A stretch of 63,701 nucleotides of DNA, filler included, from Octopus bimaculoides (lineage: Eukaryota), in the NCBI RefSeq assembly GCF_001194135.2. It is 6 parts of 6 records of this genome, joined end to end, with 100 filler letters (N's around TTAATTAATTAA, not from the genome) between each part and the next. Parts side by side here need not be neighbours in the genome. Positions count along the whole stretch, not along the records: positions 40,455 to 60,074 come from NC_068984.1; positions 60,175 to 62,383 come from NW_026425470.1; positions 62,484 to 63,701 come from NW_026404764.1; 3 more parts are not named here. One strand, 5' to 3'. The translations under genes were made by a program, and so were the position numbers. This document shows positions 52,891-63,701 of this stretch, piece after piece. Within the stretch, counting starts at the first letter, position 1; each line of letters starts with the position of its first letter. The notes beneath the pieces were generated by a model. It did not search any database. It saw nothing but the letters and a program-made list of their open reading frames with translations, and was not told the DNA's origin.

Positions 52891-53989
52891 ATGGCATATG
52901 ATAGATATGCATATACACACATACCCGCACGCATACATATTTACGACTTGTATGAATTATTTTTAGTGGACGTTTATTTGTATTCTAATGTCTTTGAATT
53001 AACAATTGTACATGGATAGCCTGGTGATATTCCATATTCCTTTTCTTTATATTTTTGAATACGGACATGTTATTGAAGCTGTTCTGTTGCAATCTATCTT
53101 TCTAATGCCTATTCACAATGTCTGCATCAATTTTAACTGACATCACCTCGGTTTTATAAATAATTGCTTGAATCTTAAATAGTGATGTTGTTTTTGTAAG
53201 TTTTGAGTGTTCGTCTAACAACAATGATAAATTCCATTCACCTGTTGTTGAGTTTTCTCTTTTCACTGACCAAAGCAAAGTATTGTTGTCACTTCCATGA
53301 GCAATTCCATGAAATTGCGTAGTTGAATTCATGCTCCTCGTTGATTGCATGCTCGTATATAATTTCGTGTCTGTCCCTGGGCCACGATTACTTTCTTAGT
53401 TATCACAGAGAAATCTCATATTGTCATCAATCACATGCCTAGCAACATTTATTCATGAATGCCACCATTGTTTACTTTTAGAGTTTTTGATGAATTTACT
53501 TCAACTAATTCTGAGTTAATGGGACACGTTAGTAATCGTTTGAACGGTTTGGATTAGCATTGAAATATTCTTTAATTCGTTATTGTCTAAATTCGATAAA
53601 GATGGTAAAAATACATTGGGTGATAGTTTCTTTGACGCTCTACCTTTGAATAAAATTCAGGATGCTCACATTCGTAATACCTACGAAAATGTATCTGTTT
53701 CGACAAAACTGATATTGAGTAAAATTACCTTTAATACTAAATCTTCAGTTTAATTATTTCAAATTCTTTCTTTTCCTTCCAATCAATATTCTTCACCAAC
53801 ATATATTCCATATTCTTCAGTTACATCTCATCATTCTACAAACCAACAAAATGTTTGTATTCTTTGCCTACCTTTACTGACAATATTACTTCAATGAGAC
53901 ATACTGGAAGACCAGATATTTTAACCCCAAATATTTTTGCAGAAATTACCAAGTGGAACGATCTGCAAAGTGTGCAAACTAATAAACAC

Positions 53990-54470
53990 CAGTCATTTCC
54001 ACCAAATGGTATGAAATTCCGAAAGGTAGTTGACAAATCTTCTAAGGCGAAAGCAATGGAAAGGGACCCGTTTGCTATTTTGCGTTCAGCCTCAAAACGA
54101 ATGATACAAGCAAACCAAAGAGGCAAACTTGTAGTCCCAGGAGTGATAGTGGTAACATCATGACGACCAGACATGTTCCTACTCTCAAAAAATACAAAAA
54201 CAATCATCATGGTCGCATTCACAGTGCCCTGGGAGGAGAGACTCGATGTTTCCCACCAGATAAACAAATTGTAATATTAGGACAAGAGATGGCATGCGGC
54301 CTCATTCCCCCATTGAAATCGACTGCCGCGGCCTTCCATGTAGATCAGTGCACAATTTCCGGCTGAAGGTAGATCTGGAACCCAGACAACTGACGAAAGC
54401 CATCAAGGTAGTTGGAACAACAACTGAAACGAGATCAAAATGGCTATGGTTGATAAGAGATCGCAAGAGA
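53990..54470 (+). mobile_element. HERO-like RLE non-LTR retrotransposon C-terminal fragment
   Basis: VPGVIVVTS*RPDMFLLSKNTKTIIMVAFTVPWEERLDVSH...PIEIDCRG...ETRSKWLWLIR matches LRPD...ELTVPWEE...EVGCRG...SxWLWxxR. Confidence 0.7.
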
Positions 54471-54617
54471 CCGCAATATTTATTTTGTTAAAGCGAACTA
54501 AGAAGTTATCCACGATATTTGATTCTATTGTTTAATTAGAACATTGTTTCTTAATATTAAGAAAAATATATAAATATTAGAAATGCGTTTACGAGCAGCA
54601 TCGGACAAATAATAATA

Positions 54618-54785
54618 ATTTTTTATAATTTTGGCACAAGCTCTGAAATTTTGAAGGGTTAGGGTAAGAGGATAGCATCAGCCTCGGTACTCAAAATACA
54701 GTAGTATTTTACCGACCCCGACAGAACCAAGGGCAAAGTCAACCTTGGCATGGCTTGAACTCAGTGTAATGAGTCAGAAGAAATA
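54618..54785 (-). mobile_element. Diverged OK/OR-type SINE
   Basis: 'accgaccccgacagaaccaagggcaaagtcaaccttggc...gaactcag'. Confidence 0.7.
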
Positions 54786-54810
54786 TTTCGTAGAAATATA
54801 AGAAATATAA

Positions 54811-55045
54811 GGCTGCGAGATGGCAGAACCGTTAGCCGGCCGGGCGAAATGCTTAGCGGTATTTCGTCTGCCGCTACGTTCAAGAGTTCAAATTCCGCCG
54901 AGGTCGACTTTGCCTTTCATCCTTTCGGGGTCGATAAATGAAGTACCAGCTGTGTACTGGGATCGATCTAATCGACTTAATCCGTTTATCTGTCCTTATT
55001 TGTCCCCTCTGTTTGTAGCCCCTTGTGGGCAGTAAAGAAATAAGA
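54811..55045 (+). mobile_element. Full-length OK/OR-type SINE
   Basis: tRNA-like head with A-box and B-box, near-consensus body and tail 'gtgggcagtaaagaaataa'. Confidence 0.9.
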
Positions 55046-55332
55046 AGTATTTCGATCGGCAATGTAGACTTGTTTTCTGGTTGTAGGTTTTGTTGGGAGG
55101 GAGTTTAGTTTATTGATCCTGGAAGAATGAAAGACGATGTTGACTCCGGTAGCGTTTACATTCCTGATGTAAAGGCCTCAAAGGCCTCATTGTGAGGTAT
55201 TTTGTCGGGAAGGATTCAGTTAAAACGCAGGCTCCTGTATCTATAATGGCTGACAATATTTATGCAACCCCGATTGGTGTCGGCGAAGAATTTCATAACG
55301 ATGATGAAAATAAAAAGGAATAGATAAACTGC

Positions 55333-55364
<32 letters not shown>

Positions 55365-55589
55365 ATGGAGAAAAACTCCCTCGTATGTCTATGAAGTTAA
55401 TATATATCATTCTTGGTGATCTTTAAAAATGGTTATTTTCGACAAATGTATTTGACTTTATCATTTGCAATTTTATTTACTTTTAGCACGCTGCTTTCTT
55501 CCTCTAGTAGCCAATTTCCAAGAACTAATTCCTTGTCTTATACAGATCCAATTCTTTCACAGCAATGAGACAGAGGGAGAGAGAGAGAG

Positions 55590-55656
<67 letters not shown>

Positions 55657-55801
55657 NNNNNNNNNNTTCGCAATTTTATTTTCAATTTGCAGTCATGAAT
55701 CCACTTGACACCAGCAAAATAAGCTGCCAACGACCATATAACTTAATAAACCGCAGCAAATTGAATTCTTGTAGCCAGGCTATTGAGAAAATAATAATAA
55801 C

Positions 55802-55875
<74 letters not shown>

Positions 55876-55943
55876 CAATAATAATAATAATGATGTTAAT
55901 GATGATGATGAAGATGATGATGATTTAACAACAACAACAACAA

Positions 55944-56285
55944 CAATAGCGATGAACGTTTCTAATTCTTCAGACAAAAATTTTGCAGTCAAAGAAGTTG
56001 AAAAGATTCGGAAATATGAACAATTCAAATGGAAGTATCAAGGATGCGGTGATGCCCAGAAGCAAATGCTAGACTTGTAACGGTTATCATTGGTACAGTA
56101 AATTCAGCTCCGGCAAAACTATTCTACAAGTTGGATAGATTGGACTTGAAGACAGGCAAACTATTGCTCGAAAATTGTATCTACCTTGTAGCTGCACATA
56201 GAGGGAAAGGTACTTTCTGCCTGAGAAATTTCGTCCAAGCTCGGGACTTGGCAAGAAAACATTTGTATCTACCCTACGAAATGAA

Positions 56286-56290
<5 letters not shown>
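55944..56290 (+). mobile_element. Diverged R4/Dong-like RLE fragment between microsatellites
   Basis: IAMNVSNSSDKNFAVKEVEKIRKY... resembles IDxAVPxDxNxxxKExEKxxKY. It ends in (AAT)n. Confidence 0.65.
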
Positions 56291-56361
<71 letters not shown>

Positions 56362-56362
<1 letters not shown>

Positions 56363-56640
56363 GGTTAGCTTGGGAGGTTAAGCAGCTGTGGTCGATGTAA
56401 AAAGTAGCAGTAGTACCAGTAATTGTCGGAGCTCTGAGAACAGTGAGCAAATTATCTCGTGGAGCAAATAGGGGCTGCAATAAGGGTGGAGCACTTGCAG
56501 AAAACAGCACTGCTTGGAACCGCTCGAATACTCCGGAAGGTGCTCGAAAAATAAGGAGTGTTACCTTAGTTCACTGGTAGTGAACAGCTGACACCGTAGT
56601 ACATTTCCAGCGTTAGAAGCTGCGCAAAGGCAACAGTAAT
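56362..56640 (+). mobile_element. Short 5'-truncated Dong/R4-like 3' end in (AAT)n
   Basis: RLAWEVKQLWSM*KVAVVPVIVGAL...RVEHLQKTALLGTARILRKVLEK*, then a 3' UTR, with (AAT)n on both sides. Confidence 0.85.
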
Positions 56641-56665
56641 AATAATAATGATGATGATGATGATG

Positions 56666-56717
<52 letters not shown>

Positions 56718-56735
56718 TAATACTACTACTACTAC

Positions 56736-56766
<31 letters not shown>

Positions 56767-57875
56767 AATAATGATGATGATGATGATGACGATGATGATG
56801 TTTCAAGATTAAACTTACTTTTCACGAAGGTAAAGAAACAATAAGAAGAGCGCGACTGTTATTGGTAAGAAATAGAGATTGACTCTGTTTATTAAAATGA
56901 AAATGAAACGAATGAACAATATATCGACTTTCCGAGTGTCCTTTATAAATTCGAAATCTGAAATGAAATGAAATTCAAAGACAGGAAACGCTGAAAAACA
57001 TTCAAAATTAAACCGGAATAACTGCGTTTCTTTCCAGGTAAAATGGCGTCATCAGTCTTCGGTCTTTCACAAAAGATAGCAGAAGGAACAAATAACATTC
57101 AGTTGTTTATTGGATGAAAATACCGTTTTCTCATTTTCCGATTCGTACTTGCATGACAAATTTTATTGGTCTAGGATTTAGCTCAATACTATAGCGAAAC
57201 CAGGAAGGCTGATAAAACAACAATAAAAAGGAACAAAACACAAAAGCTGTATTTTGCTTTATGATTTTCCTTGGACTGCTGCCTCTTAAGTTACTTCCAG
57301 AACCTTTCATTTCTCTACGTAAACCACTACGCCCAAATTTTAACTCCCAAATTCTCTTTTAAAGAAACATCCTATTAGGCCTACATTCGGACTTGAAGGT
57401 TTGATTAAAGTTACATAAGCTAACTTTAACGTCGCTGCAAGAACCACCTATGTAAACATACTCAGTTAATCTAGTAGTAAGGTCACATTTTCAACAATAT
57501 TGTTCATTAGCTATTGATTGCCTGAAAGGAAGTTAGCCGGACACTTGGAATTACATAGTCTATTAGTCTATCTACAGATTTCATTGCAGTACGGTTCTGA
57601 CCATCAATTTCGGTATTGTTACCATCGTTATTGTTAACGTTATTAGTACCATTATTCACATGAACAAAATCACAATTACTACTATTAAAATTTTCAGTTA
57701 TCGTTACCATCCTGTATTATGACAATTTCTGATAAAGTCCCTCCCTCCATTATGCTGAACATTATGCAAACAAGATACGATAGCTGAATATAAGAGATAT
57801 TATTAACCTATTGAATTCTCGAGGGTTCACTGGAGTTCTCCATATGTGTCGAGGACCGGGATGTACCTTATTAGT

Positions 57876-58028
57876 AGGCGTGACTGTGTAGTTAGAAGTT
57901 TGCTTACCAACGACATGGTCCCAGATTCAATCCCACTGCGTGGCATCTTGCGAGTATGGTTTCTACTGTTGCTTGGGTTCAGCCAGAGCCTTGTAGGTGG
58001 ATTTGGTAGACGGAAACGGAAAGAAATG

Positions 58029-58122
<94 letters not shown>

Positions 58123-58320
58123 CGCGTGCCTCTCTGTGTGTGTCTTTGTCCCCATAATCGCTTGACAACTGGAGATGATGTATTTACGTCCTCATTAGTT
58201 AGAAGTTCGACGAAAAAGCAAATACAATAAGTACCAGTCAATTTGTGCGACTAAAACTCTTTAAGGTGTTGCCCCAGCATGGCCGCAGTCTAATGAGTGA
58301 AACAAATGAAAGATTAAAGA
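57876..58320 (+). mobile_element. Full-length CORE-like SINE with internal (TG)n
   Basis: Head 'aggcgtgactgtgtagttagaag', B-box-like 'gattcaatccc', (TG)n tract and tail 'gtgaaacaaatgaaagattaaaga'. Confidence 0.85.
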
Positions 58321-58326
58321 CCACCC

Positions 58327-58369
<43 letters not shown>

Positions 58370-58375
58370 TCTCTT

Positions 58376-58406
<31 letters not shown>

Positions 58407-58417
58407 GTAGCTATGTG

Positions 58418-58451
<34 letters not shown>

Positions 58452-58509
58452 GAGAAAAATTTAAAATTCTTATAGTAATGAAAGGCATACAAACATATAG
58501 AGTACACAA

Positions 58510-59080
58510 GATGGTGTCAGGTCGCGCTTGAGCGCTACTGATAACATGTAACACAGTACAACCTGTCGGATGGTTGGGTTGTCGGCGTCTAAACTGGCAA
58601 CCCCATCAAGCTTGCTTGGTGAGGGGGATAATTGTTGGACACCCTGCAGGACAAAAAATAAGACCCGTCAAATGGTCGAGGAACTCATGAGTAGTCAATG
58701 GCCAATTCAACAAGTACCTTGTCACGGTGAAGTGCCTGTGTGCTTCATTGATCCAGAAAGCTATGCTGGAGGGAGAGAAATCTTCAGGCAGGTCTTACCA
58801 GGCCAGAGAGGTCGAAGGGTAGGAGACAGACAAAACCTTAACGACAATAAATCGAAGCGCCAGCAGCAGCGTGTGGATTTAGTCATCGGCAGGACGTAAC
58901 AGATCAGATTCCTGGCTTTGAAGTAGCAGGATGTCGTGCAGAGGATTTTGAATACAAGACAATGGATGAAACCCTAATATTCCTAGTTAGATGGAAACTG
59001 CGGGACCACATGGAGCAGTGCCCTGTGACTCCTATAGTATGCGCAACCGAAACCCCTATGGGGGCATCCTATGGAACGAC
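58510..59080. repeat. GC-richer unclassified repeat-like segment, possibly a LINE 5' region
   Basis: Composition shift and style only; no protein motif recognised. Confidence 0.25.
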
Positions 59081-59082
59081 AT

Positions 59083-59115
<33 letters not shown>

Positions 59116-59916
59116 GAGAGAGAGTGAGAGAGAGAGTGAGAGAGAGATGGAGGTGAAGAAAGAATTGTGTGTTAATAACGTTAGATCTCATACACGACGT
59201 CGAAGTAAAATGAGAAATTTGGTGTGAAAGAAAGGTAAAAATGCCGGATAATAGGTAAGAGGAAATTTTAATGAAATCTCACGTATAAGATGCGTAGGAA
59301 TTGAGGTGGAAGGAAATTGAAAACACGGTAAAGTTATAATTCCGAAACGTGTAATTTTTAACGATTGCCGAAGTCCGGCTTTAACTTATAAAATTTGAGA
59401 TGATGTAAGCAGTATTTGAACACGGAAGAAAAAGCAACTTATTCAAAATACCACGAGGAATAGAGTTTGGCACTTTACTGCCCACGGTGAATATGTTTTG
59501 AATTCGCACATTAACAGATAAATAGAGAAAGAGAGAGAAATATTTTGCAAAACGGTAACTGGAGAAGTAAAAAATGATATAATGAGGAGACGCCAGAAGT
59601 GAAAAAGTTTGTTTAAATAGAAAATATTGCCTTCGGGATGGTGGTAAAACATAGCTTATTCCTGTCTATTTGACAATAACTGTTAGTTTGAAAGAACGTA
59701 AAAATATAATGATTGTCAAAAAACAAAAAAAAAAATACGTTACTTCTCGTCAATCTTTGTTACTAGAGGAAGAAATGATTGCAATGTCTGTGAGGTGAAG
59801 TCACGTGGGAATAAATTCTGACGTAAAGGTATATGTATGTGAGTGTATGTATGTGTGTGTGTGTGAGTGTGTTTGCATATATGTGTATGTGAGTGTATAT
59901 ATATATATATATATAA

Positions 59917-59985
<69 letters not shown>

Positions 59986-60174
59986 TGTGCGTGTGTTGGA
60001 GTGCGTGGTGTGCGTATATGTGTGTGTATACTGCTCGCGTTCATGCCTTTTGTAATTGTTCGTATATATATATANNNNNNNNNNNNNNNNNNNNNNNNNN
60101 NNNNNNNNNNNNNNNNNNTTAATTAATTAANNNNNNNNNNNNNNNNNNNNNNNNNNNNNNNNNNNNNNNNNNNN

Positions 60175-60206
<32 letters not shown>

Positions 60207-61537
60207 ATCTACACACACACATGTATATAATGAATAAACTGTATTTCGACTTATTGTTCGAAAGTCAACTTGCTGGAAACATTAGCAGTTCGCTTACTTT
60301 TTCCTTCCTTCTATGTACACTTCTATGTAATATATACATTAGCTGAGATTGAAAATGTGAACCTCTACAAGTTTGTTTGACATGTTAGAAATGGCATCGA
60401 ATTTTCCCTCGAACTGCACATTTTCACCTTAAGTAAAGAAATGGTTCGTATATAATCTTATTAGAATGCGGGAAATAACATCTGATATATTTTTGTTAAT
60501 GCGGATACTGTAATATTAATAAACATATGAATTATTGCCGGTGTCGACAGGGAGAGAATATATCGGATCATTTGTTTTTCTGTATTGCTGGTTATTTCAG
60601 GACATAAAACATTCCCATAAATTGTTTTATATCGTGAAATTTTGAACCGCGTTATTGTAGGGATGGTCCTTCACGGGTTGTCCTTTTATGTGTGACTTCC
60701 TCAATGTTTTGAGAACATAAATTTTCGGTACATAAAGGCAAAATTTGCAAGAGTGGTGCGAGAAACGAAATTTCAATTAGACAGGATACAGAGACAATTC
60801 CCTTAATTCTGATTAGTCCTATTTGATTATGTATCAGCAATCTGACAGTTTCTATCTCACATCTTTAATGAGAAGAATAAAAAAAATAAAATATTCCATA
60901 TTATTGAATTAATGAATTAATTACATTGAAAGCTAAGGTGTNNNNNNNNNNNNNNNNNNNNNNNNNNNNNNNNNNNNNNNNNNNNNNNNNNNNNNNNNNN
61001 NNNNNNNNNNNNNNNNNNNNNNNNNNNNNNNNNNNNNNNNNNNNNNNNNNNNNNNNNNNNNNNNNNNNNNNNNNNNNNNNNNNNNNNNNNNNNNNNNNNN
61101 NNNNNNNNNNNNNNNNNNNNNNNNNNNNNNNNNNNNNNNNNNNNNNNNNNNNNNNNNNNNNNNNNNNNNNNNNNNNNNNNNNNNNNNNNNNNNNNNNNNN
61201 NNNNNNNNNNNNNNNNNNNNNNNNNNNNNNNNNNNNNNNNNNNNNNNNNNNNNNNNNNNNNNNNNNNNNNNNNNNNNNNNNNNNNNNNNNNNNNNNNNNN
61301 NNNNNNNNNNNNNNNNNNNNNNNNNNNNNNNNNNNNNNNNNNNNNNNNNNNNNNNNNNNNNNNNNNNNNNNNNNNNNNNNNNNNNNNNNNNNNNNNNNNN
61401 NNNNNNNNNNNNNNNNNNNNNNNNNNNNNNNNNNNNNNNNNNNNNNNNNNNNNNNNNNNNNNNNNNNNNNNNNNNNNNNNNNNNNNNNNNNNNNNNNNNN
61501 NNNNNNNNNNNNNNNNNNNNNNNNNNNNNNNNNNNNN

Positions 61538-61582
<45 letters not shown>

Positions 61583-61670
61583 AGATATGTATAGATATAT
61601 ACATATATGTATGTACATATACGATATTTATATAGGCTACATAATATGTACGTGTATATCTATGTATATG

Positions 61671-61702
<32 letters not shown>

Positions 61703-62483
61703 TATAAGCACACGCACACACACTCACATATGTTTATGCTTATATAAACTTTAAATACGTCACACTTCGACACTCTAAACAAACACTTTAATTACCACTA
61801 ATGAATGCATTAATTGCAATAACAAAATAAAATGTAACGAAATAAAATAAATTTAAACAAAAAAAATCAATAAATAAACAAACGAATCAATCAGACATGT
61901 CTGACGCCAGACATTCAATCATTCAATATTAATTCAGATCGATTGATCATGTTTTGTTTGCATTGGATTTCATGATTTAGAAGCGTTTATGGACGGTTTG
62001 CTTTAAGTTTTTATTTGTCTATATTTGTTGTTTGCCGTTGTTATTGTTGCTGTTGTTTGTGTGTTTGTTACTGCTGTTGTTGTTTGTGTTGTTATTTCAG
62101 TCGTACGTATAAAACTCATAATTTCAAATAATTTATTTTTGTATATTTGTTGATTGGATATGCTGCTCTTTGTGTGTTTGTTTGTTGTTGTTGGTGCTGT
62201 TGTAGTTTTATCGTAAGAATAAACCTCATATTTTCAAATCAAATCAAATCATGGAATATATGTGTGTATTATACGTGTATATAGGCATATATATAGTATA
62301 TACATAGTATATACATACATACATATATAAACGTATATATGTATACATATATATATATACATATATATATATATACATATATANNNNNNNNNNNNNNNNN
62401 NNNNNNNNNNNNNNNNNNNNNNNNNNNTTAATTAATTAANNNNNNNNNNNNNNNNNNNNNNNNNNNNNNNNNNNNNNNNNNNN

Positions 62484-62546
62484 AATCGACGTAAGTTTAA
62501 ATAATAAACCGCGATAGGTGAACCGCGATATGGAGAGGGATTACTG
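62484..62546. mobile_element. pogo/Tigger-like MITE end
   Basis: Ends 'agggattactg' plus TA. Subterminal 'aaccgcgata' is repeated. Homologous to 49180-49222. Confidence 0.65.
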
Positions 62547-62826
62547 TAGTGTCGAAACAGAACTAAAGAATTAAATGCCTCCCATCCTTAGGACAGAGGA
62601 ATGTCGTTTGTAATTTTCAGTAAAGAAAGGAACAACTTACAGAGGAGTGAAAAGAAATAGTAGCCAATTTGGTGCTTGATTTCTTCGTAGCTTAATTCTC
62701 GGTAAAAAACAGCTAATTCTAAAATGTTATCCCTGCAACATGAAAAAATGTATATAAGCTATCATTTGCTGAACATCCGCATAAACCAACTTATTCACAG
62801 CATATACACACGCATAAAAAAAAGTA

Positions 62827-63152
62827 AAAAGACCCCCTTCGGTCATGAATGACCATGGGATTACCCCTAGAAAGTTCCCCTCCGAGACATAAGTCCAAGC
62901 AAGGTTGTTTATGGAAAATCAGCAATCACCCATGCATACCAACCCCATCTCTACGCCACTGATGATATCCAAGAGAAAGGCAAAGGGGCCGATACAGCAT
63001 GGCACCAGTGACATCGCAACTCATTTCTACAGATGAGTGAACTGGAGCAACGTGAGATAGAGTGTCTTGCTCAAGAACACAACACACAGCCCGGTCGGGG
63101 AATCGAACTCACAAACTCATGATTGTGAGCCCGATACTTTAACCACTGAGCC
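62827..63152 (-). mobile_element. Third tRNA-derived SINE family, full length
   Basis: Minus strand head 'ggctcagtggttaaagtatcgggctcac...gagttcgattcccc', followed by the CORE/V-like 'tgttcttgagcaagacact'. Confidence 0.85.
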
Positions 63153-63284
63153 TTACAAACACAGACATATAAATTTATATTGTTAAGTTGTAGCTGCCTT
63201 TAATCTCCCACCAGTAAATATTTTTAAACTTGCTTTAAAACGATAACCTTTAACACACACACACACACACACTTACATACATAC

Positions 63285-63440
63285 AGTTTTCGTCTACCAA
63301 ATTCACTCACAAGACATCAATCGGCCTGGGTCTATAGTAGAAAAAAAAGAAAAAAACATTTGCCTAAGGTGCTGCACAGTGGGACTGAACATGAGACCAC
63401 GTGGTTGTAAAGCAAGTCCCTTAAACACAACCAAGCCTGC
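63285..63440 (-). mobile_element. 5' half of the CORE-like SINE
   Basis: 'gtctaccaaattcactcacaag...tatagtag...ttgcctaaggtgctgcacagtgggactgaac'. Confidence 0.75.
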
Positions 63441-63701
63441 ACATAAAGAGTGTTATACTATATTGCAAAATCAAGATTTTGGCCTTACCTCATAAATTTG
63501 TCCTCTATTTTCAAAGATTCTTCAAAATTATTCATATCGTTAAGAATTTTTTTCAAATCGTGAAATAAAATTCTATCCTTGTTTCCAATGAGATGACGGA
63601 AGTCGTACACATTCTGGACGTTCTCGTGAGTTCGCTCTATTTCGGTTATCTTTTCGTCAGGATTTTCCTGAAACTGCGTTATATTAGCAAATTCGTAATA
63701 T

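Noticed and set aside
54811-54900. tRNA-like A-box and B-box sequences, here and in other SINE heads
   Set aside because: They continue into SINE bodies and do not form a full cloverleaf, so they are not tRNA genes.
57507-57710. 67-aa Asn-rich ORF
   Set aside because: Compatible with a decayed AAT/AAC-rich tract; no recognisable domain.

Overview
AT-rich, microsatellite-dense eukaryotic non-coding DNA from a draft assembly, with about 6 kb of N gaps. The tRNA-derived SINE families and repeat style point to an octopus genome (inferred by recognition, not by a search). I find no host protein-coding gene, rRNA, true tRNA or CRISPR array; most listed ORFs are read-through of simple repeats or gaps. 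The window is largely decayed mobile elements: many tRNA-headed SINEs, mariner, DD41D (rosa/VS-type), pogo/Tigger and hAT relics, R4/Dong-like and HERO-like restriction-like-endonuclease LINE fragments, an RTE 3' end, and two Penelope-like elements (PLEs), each with its RT segment inverted relative to its endonuclease segment. The most notable signal is a set of minimal hammerhead-ribozyme (HHR)-like motifs from several unrelated short repeats. One has an intact core and lies in an inverted pLTR-like cluster (22.6-23.2 kb). One has a compensatory U3-A8 core (7.1 kb). A four-copy short element keeps all three helices but never has A6; one of its copies has a 13-bp target-site duplication. Also seen: (TTAGGG)6 inserted in a hAT transposase, (AAT)n-embedded retroelements including a 570-bp non-coding one, and a gap-free 197-bp inverted repeat. 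All structures were folded and aligned by eye and need computational and biochemical confirmation.
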